A stretch of DNA of 64,000 nucleotides from Azolla caroliniana (Eukaryota; Plantae; Polypodiophyta). Of the stretch, positions 11,601-24,363 are shown piece by piece (the first letter of the stretch is position 1; each line of letters opens with the position of its first letter). The translations under genes were made by a program, and so were the position numbers. The notes below the pieces were generated by a model, which ran no database searches, was not told the origin of the DNA, and saw only the letters and a program-made list of their open reading frames with translations. Location: contig JBHGNT010000007.1 of assembly GCA_043228905.1 (NCBI GenBank), forward strand, positions 19,096,001 to 19,160,000, written 5' to 3'.

Positions 11601-13212
11601 AGAACTTTAGTGACTTTATGTGCGGAAGAGGTACACTTTTTTTATGTAGTTGTGGAATACTAGACACATGTAAGTTTAATGTCATAGTACAAAATTGCAC
11701 ATGAGATTTCAACTCGTACTACACCTTGCCATTACAATTCGGTCCATATACCATGTGGGTGTTAGAGCATTGTGGGAATATTTCCCTAGTAGGAGAGAAT
11801 TGAGAATGAAGCACAATTAGTGTACTAGGTATCACACTCAAGGTAAATATATTGCTCAGATAATAAGATCAACTATCCACCTTGTGTGTGAACACACACT
11901 CCTTGAGAGAATTAGCACGTGTATTGGAGCCCACGATTGATTTGAGAATGGGAGATGCATTTACATTGAACCAAGTGGATACCTTAGATATCTCACTCAC
12001 TCTCCCATCTTCCATAGAAGTTATACATAAACCAATCCCTCATTTGTGTGGTGGGTTGATTATAGTTTATTTTCTTTACTCTCTCTCTCTCTCGTGAAAA
12101 CACACAATTTTATTAATAAATGTGTGTAAAAAACACTTACAATGGGTGTGACAATGGGATATAGTCACCCACTAACTACACTACATGGGTAGTGGAACAT
12201 GTTGAATTGCCAATAAGTAAGATGAACACTCCACCAAGGAAAGAATTTCCACTTGCTCCAATAAAGAAAACATCTCTCTCTGAAAAAGATCTGGACCAAT
12301 TTGGGAAGTTACTCCTACAAATGTGCAATTGTACTGGATTGCTTATTACAAATGGTATTTCCTTATGGCCCAACACTAATGGTTTTACATGTAGAAAACG
12401 CAATGGAAATAGTGTGATTGACTATGTGCTACTTTCTGAAGGTATTTTGGATCGTATACATAAATTCTCACTTGGTGAATGAACACCGGAATCTGATCAC
12501 AGGCCTTTATATATTGATCTCAAATGTATGCATAAGTTTGATTGTGAGAAGGCTATTGAAGATAATAAACAACCGCACTTGAGCATGAACCTTAAGCGAG
12601 CACCCATGTATTCCAAGATGGTTGAGGATATGTTACAAATGACAAAGATACAACATGGTGTCACACTAGAATGGAAACGGGAAGCTTTCAAGAAAGTCAT
12701 TCTCTCCTATACAAACAAATGTTTTTAGACCAACTGCACATCTTGGAAATGCATCAAGAAACTTAAGAAAAAATGGTTTGATAAAGAATGTCCTAAAGCT
12801 TGAAAGTGCCTTATGGTTTTGGATGTAGTTAAGAATAAAGAGAATTACCAAAAGCATTTGCATGAGTATAAAAGGTTTATTCAAAGAAAGAGAATAATAT
12901 AGGAAGTTACTCAACAATTTATCCAAACGCAAGAGAAAGCACATGCATGTGCTAAATTTTGGGGATATAAAGGGGAAACGTGTTGAGAGTTATGGTGACT
13001 TAACTCTTCACAACTTGTCTATGCATTGTAAGAATTTATATGAGTTATCTCTTGCTGGAAAGATGATGTGTTATGGTTCTCTTTCACATATGTCTCCCTT
13101 CTTTACAATTGAAGATATATGCATAAGATTTACGAAATTGGCCTCTTGAAAGGCAAGCAATCGCTGAAATGCTCAAATGGGCGGGAAAGGAAGCACATGT
13201 ATGGATAAGCGA

Positions 13213-15439
13213 TGTCATGGGCACACCAACGCTAGACTACGACAAAACACAGATGACAAGGCTACGACCGATAAGGTTACGAATGTGGAACTCGATGTGA
13301 TGAGGCTAGAAACTTGAGAAGTTGGGAGCGATGAGATGAGGAACTTAAGACGCTAGGAACAAATACAAGAACATAAAGATAAAATTGTAAATCAAGGAGA
13401 GAAGATGGGGCTAAACAAGAATACTAGATTGATGTGTTAGTGACTGGTGTTGAATCCCTTGAAAGGGATCAAGGAGGTTACAAGTATTTATACTGTGAGT
13501 CCAAGTACATGCATTAGAATATCGGGAGAATATTCGAGAGAATATTCTAGAACCCTCTAGTTCTAGAACTTTCTGAAAACTCCTAGAACTTGAAATAGAT
13601 AATCTACGAAAATATACATAACACGACCATGTATTTAAATGTGTTGGTTACAACATAACACTTGACTATATATGTCAAGAGGTCAAGAGTTCAAAACTTG
13701 ACATGACTGTTGTCATGTTTGTGACATTATCCTCCCCTTTACAATTGTGTTTTCGAAAGCGTGGTGTACGTTGAGGAGTGAGTGACCATGAGCAGTAACC
13801 AGAAATAGGAGCATGGATGAACGCAAGAGACCATGATGGGTGGCCCTCACCGGAGACTAGAACACCAACGGGCGTGAGTGACCATGTACAATCCTCACCG
13901 GAGACTGTAACACCAATGTGAGTGTGAGCAACCACGTTTGGTCCTCATCGGGAATTGGAACACCAACAGGCATGAGCAACCATGTACGGTCCTCACTGGA
14001 GACTGGAACACCAACATGAGTGACCATGTGCGGTCCTCACCGGAGACATGAACACCAATGGAAATGAGCGACCATGTGCGGTCCTCACCAGGAATTGGAA
14101 CACCAATGGGCGTGAGCAACCATGTGAGGTCCTCACCGGGAACTGGAACACCAACGAGCGTGAGAGACCAAGTATGGTCCTCACCGGAGATGCGAACACG
14201 AAAGGGCGTGAGTGACCATGTGTGGTCCTCACCGGAGACATGAACACCAACGGACGTGAGCGACCCTGCACGGTCCTCACCGGGAACTGGAACACTTGGC
14301 GACAATGAAGGCTAGGCAAAGTAGTGTTGATGACGACAGCAAGAGGGTTGAAGATGATGATGTTGAAGACGAAGCAATGAAGGCAATGATGTTGATGAAG
14401 CGACTTTGGAAGCAAGGACTTTGACTATGGTAGTGATGGAAGCAGAGAAAGAGATGAAGAGGATAATAAACATAGAGATCAAGATGTTGAAGTTCTAAAG
14501 AAACACAAAGACACATATACAAAGGATGACAGAAAACACAAAGATAGGGATGAAGGTGATAATAGACGTAGAGAAAGGGACGAAGATAATAAGAAACACA
14601 TAGATAGAGATGAAAATGGTAGGAAACACAAGGAGAAGGATGACAATGACAAAAAATGCAAAGATATGGATGTGGAAGATGATAAGGAGTGTAGAGATAG
14701 AGATGATGATTAGAAGAAACTAGGAGATAGAGATGTGAAGGATGAGAAGAATCTAAAAGACAAAGACGATGATGAGAAGAAACTAAGAGATAGAGATGGC
14801 AAGGAAGATAGAAAACAAAGGGATGTTGATGATGGTAACTCTAGAACCAATGATAGTGATGATGGTAATTCTAGAAGCAAGGGCGATGACGAAGACGGGT
14901 AATGCTTCTAGTTGGAAGGGATTCAAACAATCACGGGCACACCAACGCTAGACTACGACAAAGCACAGATGACAAGGCTACGACCTTATTACGAATGTGG
15001 AACTCGACGTGATGAGGCTAGAAACTCGAGAAGTTGGGAACGATGAGATGAGGAACTTAAGACACTAGGAGCAAATACAAGAGCATAAAGATAAAGTTGT
15101 AAATCAAGGAGAGAAGATGGGGCTAAACAAGAATACTGGATTGATGTGTTAGTGACTGGTGTTGAATCCCTTGAAAGGAATCAAGGAGGTTACAAGTATT
15201 TATACTGTGAGTCCAAGTACATGCATTAGAATATTCTGGAGAATATTCGAGAGAATATTCTAGAACCCTCTAGTTCTAGAACTTTCTAAAAACTCCTAGA
15301 ACTTGAAATAGATAATCTACGAAAATATACATAACACGACCATGTATTTAAATGTGTTGGTTACAACATAACACTTGACTATATATGTCAAGAGGTCAAG
15401 AGTTCAAATCTTGACATGACTGTTGTCATGTCTATGACA
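13213..15439 (-). mobile_element. Non-autonomous LTR retroelement of about 2.2 kb with LTRs 13213-13726 and 14929-15439; no recognisable gag or pol
   Basis: Two near-identical ~510-bp direct repeats with outer TGTCA...TGACA ends. 5-bp TSD AGCGA/AACGA. PPT AAAGGGGAGGATAA on the minus strand next to 13726. Confidence 0.92.
13775..14295. repeat. 48-bp minisatellite, about 10 copies
   Basis: Consensus approximately CCTCACCGGAGACTGGAACACCAACGGGCGTGAGTGACCATGTGCGGT. Confidence 0.92.
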
Positions 15440-16214
15440 AACGATATGTTTAATGATGCATTGCAACATGGTATGTCGTACGATTGGACTACAAATTGGA
15501 TCAAACCTTTACATAAAAGTGGAGATGTAAATAATGTAAACAACTATCGAACCATCATGGTTGGCTCATTAATGGCAAAACTATTTGGATGTATAATGGA
15601 ATCAAAGATAAGTGTATGGGCTGAAAAAAATGGTAAGAGAGCTTATGGACAAGTTAGCTTTCGAAAACACCATAGCACCATTGATCACCTTGTCACCCTT
15701 TGAGTATTAATGGAGGAAAGTCGCCTTAGAGGTAAAGGCTTATATTGTTACTTTGTAGACTTCAAGAAAGCTTTTGATATGGTACCTAGTGAGCATCTTT
15801 GGAGAGGAATGGAAGAACTTGAGGTGCCAAGGGAATATATGTTTTCAATTTCCTGAATTTATGAGAAGGTTATATGTTGTGTGCGTATAGAGATAAACTT
15901 TCAGATTTTTTCAAAAGCACTATTGGTGTTAAGTAAGGATGCCCACTCTCACCAACACTATTTGGTCTATGCATTGAAGAATTGGAAGAAATGGTTACCA
16001 AGTTTGTAAAGGAAGATTTTGTTGAAGAAGTTGCCATTGGGAATGTTGTGATTATGCTTTTGCTATATGCAGATGATGTAGTGCTTTTTGCAAATACTTT
16101 AGGAGATGCAAAAAAGCTTATGAAGGCATGGGAAATTTTTTGCATGCATACTAAATTAAGTGTCAATAGCTCTAAAACAAAGATTATGCTTGTGAAGAGC
16201 CAAAAAAGAGATAA

Positions 16215-16502
16215 ACAACAACGAGCCACTTGAATATGTGGAAAGCTTTAAATATCTTGGCCTTTAAGTTCTTTCAAATCATAGATGGAATGAATGTGCT
16301 ACACGCCGCTTAGAGGCGGGTAAGCAAGCATACTATGCATTTGAGAACACATGCATTATGTACAACAATGAGCCACTTGATTGTGTGGAAAGCTTCAAAT
16401 ATCTTGGCCTTGAAGTGCCTTAAAATCATAGATGGAATGAATGTGCTACACGCCGCTTAGAGGCGGGTAAGCGAGCATACTATGCATTTGAGAACACATG
16501 CA
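16215..16502 (+). repeat. About 147-bp tandem duplication inside the LINE RT region
   Basis: GAGCCACTTGA...GAATGTGCTACACGCCGCTTAGAGGCGGGTAAG...GAGAACACATGCA occurs twice. Confidence 0.9.
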
Positions 16503-19500
16503 ATCTTGGAGATATTAATTGTTGGGTCCTTAAGAAATATCATTTCGACACTTTGGTGACACTGGTTCTTCTCTATGGGGTGGAAGTATGGGGCGGTAGC
16601 ATCCCTAAATCTATGTGAAAAGAATTTGAAAATGTCCAAAATCATTTTCTTACAAAGTTTCTACAAGTTAAGAATCAAACGCCCAACACCCTCCTCCTTG
16701 TGACGGGATCGCTTCCCATTGAGATCATGGCCATGGAAAGGGTTGTTGAATACATGCTTAAGGTTCAAAAAAGTTCCTCACATCAATTTCCTAGAATTGC
16801 ATGGGAAGTAAGCAAAAAGATCCAAAAGACGCATAAAAGCAAAATTTTGTGTTCCGGTTGGATGCAAGATATAGAAAAATGGTTTGGTAGATGGGATGCG
16901 AGACACTTACTTCATGATGCATCACTAGATTCCTCTGTAAATGAGGCCTTTTTGCAACACCAATGTATCACGACATGGGACAAATGTGGAGGCTCACGCT
17001 TCACATATTATACTACAGATGTTGCACCTAACTACAAAACCATATTCTTTGTGGGATGGGGAAACCGTACACATCGATACATGTTAGAGTCCATACCGTT
17101 ATCTGCCATTCAAACCATTGCTTCCATGCGACTTAGCTCACATAGAGACAGGGCGTTGGGGCACAAGTGATGAGAGTGGTCGGTTATGTACACTTTTCCC
17201 GAAACAAGTTCGCGAGTTTGAGTATCACAGTTTGATACAATGCTCTGCCTTTGATCATATTCGACCATGTGTTCTGCATCTCTTCGACCGAGCCCAATCC
17301 TTGCATGAATTCCTCTCACAACCACAATGTGCACTCTCTCTTGCAATATTCATTGGTAAAGTTCTTGAACATCGAGAGTCACTACTCACTTTCACACATT
17401 TCATGTGAAATGTGTTGGGAAATCGGTCTCTCCTAATGGGATCCAATGATGAATAAGGAGGACCCGGTGAGAATCGGAAGAGATCCGGAAACCGGATCGG
17501 TGGACCCAGTGAGAACTGGAAGGGAAGACAAATTTGTAAATATGTCTTGAATAAGCCCATTGAGGCTATATTTGTAAATAGCCCTAAGTTCATATAACTA
17601 TAAATATGACTTAGGGCAATCACTTTATGTGTGTGTGGGTGATTGTGTTGTCATATTGCTGCAACTGTTGTATAGAGAGAGGGAGAGAGAGAGATACAAA
17701 GCGATACTCTGTTGTAACCGCCATTGTGTGAAGAAATAGAGCTCGAGGTCGTTGCCTCCAAGTCTCTGATTGTACCCCTTCCCTTCTCTTCATAGTGATA
17801 GTTCAGAGTCTTTGGGCTCCCGTGGTTTTTCACTATTAGGGTTTTCCACGTAAACATCTTGTGTCATTTTCTTGTGTACTCTCCACTTCCCATTTCTATG
17901 TTTGATTCTTAAAGAAGTGATTTACTACTCGGTTGTGGCCGAACGATATTCCGTGCATTTCTCTTCAAAGTGGTATCAGAGCGAACAACACAGGAAATGG
18001 AAGAATGTTACAGCGGCATGTTCAAGCTCACCAGCTCCAACTACTCAGTGTGGAAGTTGAAGATGAGGGACATGCTGGTGGTTAAAGATCTTTGGTTGCC
18101 GGTTCAGTTTGGGGACAAGAGACCGGATAAGATCGATGCCATGGTGTGGGAGATGATGCACATGAAGACGACGACATACATCCGGTACTTCGTCGACATG
18201 AGCCTGTACAACAACTTCAATGAAGAGAGCAAGGCTCATGAACTCTGGGAGAAGATTAGCATCATGTTCCAGAACAAGAATGCCGTTAATCGGGTTTTGG
18301 CATTTCGGAAGCTAGTGAGGCTCCGGTACCAAGACGGCTCCAGTATGGTGGAACACATGAATGCCTTCTAGGGGTTGATACACCAAGCAACCTCATTGGA
18401 AGCACCTCTCGCCGATGAGGTACTTGCTCTACTCTTGCTCGGTTCCCTCCCGGATAGCTGGGAGACGTTAGTTGTCACGTTGGGCAACGCCAGGCTGGAA
18501 GGAAAAAAATTATCCCTAGCAAGAGTCAAGTTGAGCTTGCTAGATGAGGAGGCGTGTCAGAAAGACAAGGAGGTGATCTCCGATGCCAAAGCCCTCCTTA
18601 GCGAATTGGAACGCGGAAGACAAAGGAATCGGAGTCCCCATAACCGGGAAAAGTCGGGGACACGGTCAAAGTCAAGGGGGAGGCCCACTTGCTTCTATTG
18701 TGGCAAGCTGGGGTACTTCCAGAAGACTTGTCGGCATTTCCGAAAAGACAAGGGAACCGACAATATCGATTCGAAGAAGTCACCGAACCAAAACGGTTCA
18801 GATCGGCGACGCTCGAACCGGAAGGGAACGACGGTGATTGCGGCAAGTGAAGAAGAACTAATGCTCATATTCGAGGAGAGTGAGTTGAACCTTGCCGTCG
18901 ATGAGACAATGTGGGTTGTCGATTCCGAAGCGTCGTTCCACCTTACTCCGGACCAGAAATGCTTCTCATCCTACGCAGTCAGTGAGCACGGTTGTGTCCG
19001 GATGGGGAATGAAGGGACATGCTGAATTATTAGCATAGGAGATGTGTTGTTGACGACATCAACCGGATGCAAATTGATGCTGAAGGATGTCCAACATGTT
19101 CCAGAGGTTCAACTGAACCTGATATCAGCTGATCGGCTAGATGATGAAGGCTACACAGGTAGCATCCGGAACGGTGTCATGAAGTTCTTCAAAGGGAGCT
19201 TAATAGTGGCTCGAGCCCGGAAGATCAACACACTGTACTTGATGCATGCCCGGATATGCCGGGAAGAAGTGAACGTAGCATCTGACACTATCGGTGAGCT
19301 GTGGCACAGAAGACTGTGTCACATGAGTGAGAAGGGGATGAAGAGGCTTGCCGAAGACAACCTCATTTCGATGAAGGATGTGCAACTTGAGAAGTGCACG
19401 GACTGCCTGGTCGACAAGCAAAACCGAACCTCCTTCCGGTCAAGACCACCGAAGAGACGGAATGCACCATTGGAGCTGGTGTATACCGATGTGTGTCAAG

Positions 19501-19908
19501 TAGACACAAAGTCACATGCTGGATCGCAGTACTTCGTGACGTTCATAGATGACCACAATCAGAAGATGTGGGTCTCACCATTGAAGATGAAGGATCAGGT
19601 GCTAACCATCTTCAAGGAGCTCCATGTGAGAGTGGAAAGAGAAACCGGCCGGAAGCTGAAGGCGGTTCGAGCAGATAATAGAGGTGAATACCGGGGGCAG
19701 TTCGAGGAGTACTGCCGGTCAAAGGGAATCCGGCTCGAATTTACCGTAGCAAAGATGCTGGAACTAAATGGGCTGGCTGAAAGGATGAACTGGACCATAA
19801 TGGAGAGAGTCTGGAGCATGCTCGCACATGCGAAGTTACCCAAGACATTTTGGGTTGAGGCACTGACGATGACGACCTATGTGATAAACACATCACCCTT
19901 AGTACCGT

Positions 19909-22900
19909 TGTCGTGAAGAATTTCGGCCAGAGGCGGAAACCGGGAAATATTGGCTACATCGGCGGGGTGCAGCATGTGCGCTCACCCTTGTACATTTAGT
20001 GTGAATAACGAGGGCACCTTTATGGCACCGAAGAGTAATCAAGTCGGGACAAGAATCCCATGTAATAAGGGATTTTATCCCACGATGCTACGGATCCCTC
20101 TCCTTGTTCTATAAAAGGAAGGGAGCGCCCTTGGTGAAGGGGTTGCCCATTTTTGGTAGTAGGGTATACCGTTAGAGGAAGAAACGTTCTCTCTTCCTCT
20201 TTCTTTTCTCTAGTTTCAGGGTTTCTTCTTGTTCTCCTCTGCTTCTTCTTCGTTGTTCTGTGTGTCAAGCCTTGGCATCTAGTGTTTCTGTTTTTTGCCC
20301 TGTTCTCTGTGCAAGACCCCGCTCGGCGTGACAAGCCCAAGAGCTCCCCGACTGGCGGCTTGGCAGTAGACAATAGTTGTATCCTATGCTACCTAGGTCC
20401 GGTTCGAAGTCGGTGTTGAATCTCGTTGTCTTGTAAATACATATACATTTGGTTGTGCATATTCGTGTCTCTGTTGGTGTGTGTGTGTGTGTGTGTGAAT
20501 CAATGTTGCGTGCCTGTTCTCTCTCTCTCTCTCTCCCTTTGGTTGCTTCCGGTGTGCTTCTGGGATGCCCCGGAAATGGTGAAGCACGACTTCCTACGCT
20601 CCGTCACTCCCTAGTCCAAGACCCCCGTGGTCCCGCCTAGAATTCTACACGTACCCGCGAAACTTCGCGACATCTTTGGTGAACCCGACGTGAAAGGCGG
20701 CAATGGAGGATGGAGTCGGAAGGTGATGACCTCGCGGAGACGGTGGCCGAAGTGGTGTTGGAGTTTGCACGAGTGGTGATGAGGCGAGAAGCAGCGCAAC
20801 AATCTATTGAGCGAGTGGTCAAAAGAGTCGGCCGTTTCAATGGGGACAAGGTCCCATTTTACTTGGAAGCCTACAACGCGGAAATGGTAGTGCGTGGCGT
20901 AGACGAGGCGTTGAGGTTGGAGTTCTTCTGTCGGGTCGTAGCTGTCCGGATGCATGCGGTAGTAAAGGAGCTCCGTGAAGCTCATAGTTCGTGGGAGGCC
21001 TTCGAAGAGGCGCTCCTGAAGGCATACGAAGGGCAGCCGAAAGGTCGGGGAAGGCGTGACTTCGACCAATGGATATCATCGGCAAAGACCCATTGGGGCG
21101 CGATGAAGGCGTTCAAGGAGTTTGAGCGATGCTTCACTCGGCTCCCAGAGCGAGAACAAAGATCGGTGGGGCTGGACAAGGTCTTGTTGTTCGTTAGGTC
21201 GAACGACCGAGCGGAACGGGAGGCCATCGGAATTGAGCTCGAGGACGATGATGGAGCGAATGGCCTTACCGAGGATATCGTCGGCAAAGACCCACTGGGG
21301 CGCGATGAAGGCGTTCAAGGAGTTCGAGCGACGCTTCACTCGGCTCCCAGAGCGGGAACAAAGATCGGTGGGGGTGGACAAGGTCCTGTTGTTCGTTAGA
21401 TCGATCGACCGAGCGGAATGGGAGGCCATCGGAATTGAGCTCGAGGATGACGATGGAGCGAATGTCCTTACCGAGGACTAGTTGGAAGTTGAACGAGTGT
21501 GCGGACGGCTGGACGAGGAGCAGTCCGCGAGCGGAAAGGGGAAGATGACGCGCGACAGTACTTCATCACAGTAGGAAGTGGGCATGCGACGAGAAGAATC
21601 GGGGAAGCTTGATGTCAAGACCTTGGTCCGGGAAGCGTACGAGGCTCTGAAGGTGATGATCGAAGAAGAAGAAAGATCTGGCACGCAGTCGGATTCCGGA
21701 GAACCAGGGCTAGTCGGCCTTCCGGACGAGGCGGACATGGCCCAGGCAGAGGCCGAGGGAGGGTACGACGGTACCACGGGAGAGGGTGAGGAGCAAGACG
21801 CCCTCTTGACTTGCGGAGAATTGCCGACTGAGGACAAGGTCGGGAGTGGAGAAGGGCCCTCCACGCGGATTTCAGAGACTCCGGTGGTTGAGCCCGTGTG
21901 TTGACATGAGACCGGAGAGAAGGAAGGCGCCGACGAGGAATCCTGGCACGATGCCAGCGAAGAGGGATGGGAAACGGCCTGCGAGGAGGCCAAGGACGGA
22001 GGCGGCACGGAAAGATCGGCTTTCCGATTCGGATGGAGCGTGATCCGGACGTGGATGACTCGACCGAAACCGGCCCAAGGCGCAAAAGACCAGGGACGGG
22101 CTATAGAGCTCGATCGGTAGGGCTCAGTTTGGTACAATAGTGCCGACGCGGAAGAGGGTGCAAAACAAATCGCCCTCTTTTACATGAGGACACAAGCCGG
22201 CCAGGCGAAGGCCGCAAATCGGGAAGCTAGCGATCGAGGTTGCGGAGAGAGACCGGCAGGTTTCGGACACCGCTGCCCGAAACTCCGGACATTGGAGAAT
22301 CGAGTGCAGGCGGCACTTGATCGATCGAAGTCCAGATGCTTCTCACTGAATGTGCTTGGGAACCGGTACCCTGAACGAGCGTCCGCAAATCATTACGGGA
22401 CGGAAACACCACGTCTTATCCAAAGATTCAGGCAACCGGCAACGAGCGCCGGCATGAGACCTGGAGAGATGGGAGATGGAGGCGGGTATGCGAGAAGGAG
22501 GGCGAAGAGTTCAAAAGAAGCACAGGTGAGTGAGGATGAAAGCAACCAATCCTACGGGATCCCCACACCGATCCCGAGACTCCGGCAGTTCGGCCAACGT
22601 GGCAACGTGAGACCTAGAGAGAAGGACGGTGGCGGCGGGAAACGGGAACGGCCAATGCGAACAGACCTAGACGATAACAGGGAGGATGTGTTTCCGGATA
22701 ACCAATCCGGAAGGAAGGAAATCGGTACGTCGGTACCACGGGAGAGGGTGCGGAGCAAACCGCCCTCTCGGCATGTGGAGAAGGATGACCCGAGACAGGG
22801 TCGGGAAGACAAATCAGAGGCCCAAGGAGGATCCTTCACACCGGATCTAGAGACTTCGGCAGTCGGCAACGCGGTCTACATAAGACCAAGATACTGACGG

Positions 22901-23883
22901 TGGCGGCGAGGGGACAAGGGCGGAAAACAGTGAAAGAGGAAGTCCCACGAAGACACTCACACCGATCCGGAGACTCCGGCGGCAGGCTAGCGAGAGCCGA
23001 CGTGAGACCTAGGGAGATGGACGGTGGCAGCAGGAGAACGTGATCGGACGACAGGAAGCGACAAACGACAAGGAGGTATGAGGCTGGTGAGGCGGCTACG
23101 GACCATCTCGGATCTTCCGGCAAGGTCAGTGGGCATAAGGAAGTCCGGTCCTATGGGATCCCCACACAGAACCAGAGACTCCGGCAGTTCGGTCAACGTG
23201 GCAACATGAGACCGAGAGAGAAGGTTGGTGGCGGCGGGAAACGGGACCCGGGAACACGAAGGCAGGACAAGAATCCCATGTAATAAGGGATTTATCCCAC
23301 GATGCTACGGATCCCTCTCCTTGTTCTATAAAAGGAAGGGAGCGCCCTTGGTGAAGGGGTTGCCCATTTTTGGTAGTAGGGTATACCATTAGAGGAAGAA
23401 ACATTCTCTCTTCGTCTTTCTTTTCTCTGGTTTCAGGGTTTCTTCTTGTTCTCCTATGCTTCTTCTTTGTTGTTCTGTGTGTCGAGCCTTGGCATCTAGT
23501 GTTTCTATTTTCTGCCCTGTTCTCTGTGCAAGACCCCGCTCGGCGCGACAAGCCTGAGAGCTCCCCGACCGGCGGCTTGGCAGTAGACAACAGTTGTATC
23601 CTATGCTACCTAGGTCCGGCTCGAAGTCGGTGTTGAATCTCGTTGTCTTGTAAATACATATACATTTGGTTGTGCATATTCGTGTCTCTGTTGGTGTGTG
23701 TGAGAGAGAGAGAGTCAATGTTGCGTGCCTGTTCTCTCTCTCTCTCCCTTCGGTTGCTTCCGGTGTGCTTCTGGGATGCCCCGGAAATGGTGAAGCACGA
23801 CTTCCTACGCTCCGTCACTCCCTAGTCCAAGACCCTTGTGGTCCCGCCTAGAATTCTACATGTAACCGCGAAACTTCACGACA
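19909..23883 (+). mobile_element. gag-only LTR retroelement with a tRNA-Trp PBS: 5' LTR 19909-20672, 5'-truncated 3' LTR 23265-23883
   Basis: TGTCGTG...CACGACA termini; PBS TGGTGAACCCGACGTGA at 20677; gag-like ORF from 20710 with a ~202-bp duplication; no protease/RT/integrase motifs; 4-bp TSD CCGT/CTGT. Confidence 0.9.
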
Positions 23884-24291
23884 CTGTTGGACAGAGACTC
23901 ATCACAGAAAGTATGGACCGGTAAGGATGTGTCTTACCGACTTCTGAAGGTGTTCGGGTGTCTCACATACGTGCATGTGGTGAAGGACAAGAGAGAAAAG
24001 CTGGATCCGAAGTCCCGACCATGCATATTCCTTGGATACGGTGATGATGAGTTCGGTTACCGGGTGTGGGATCTGGTCGACAGAAAGGTGTTTCGGAGTC
24101 GGGACATAGTCTTCATGGAAGACAGGACCATTGCCGATTGGGAGTCGGAGAAGAAGGTAATGAACTCCGGATCATCCATTGAAAACCGGCCAGAGGACAC
24201 AAGGACTTACCCGGTTGAAAACCGAACGCTAGCCGGTAACCGGATGACACTCGACGAACCGGCCGGATACGAACAGGAAACCGAACCGACC

Positions 24292-24363
24292 GAAGAAGAA
24301 GAAGAAGAAGAAGAAGAAGAAGAAGAAGAAGAAGAAGAAGAAGAAGAAGAAGAAGAAGAAGAA
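24292..24363 (+). repeat. (GAA)24 microsatellite, in-frame poly-Glu in the copia integrase-RT linker
   Basis: Directly visible. Confidence 0.95.

Noticed and set aside
11754-12141. Possible LTR (TGTAAG...CA plus TGGTAT) of the nearby gypsy remnant
   Set aside because: No second LTR or TSD, and the PBS match is too short.
13775-14295. CRISPR-like appearance of the 48-bp array (also the 121-bp array at 41309)
   Set aside because: Whole units are homologous with no unique spacers and no cas genes, and the context is a eukaryotic TE nest.
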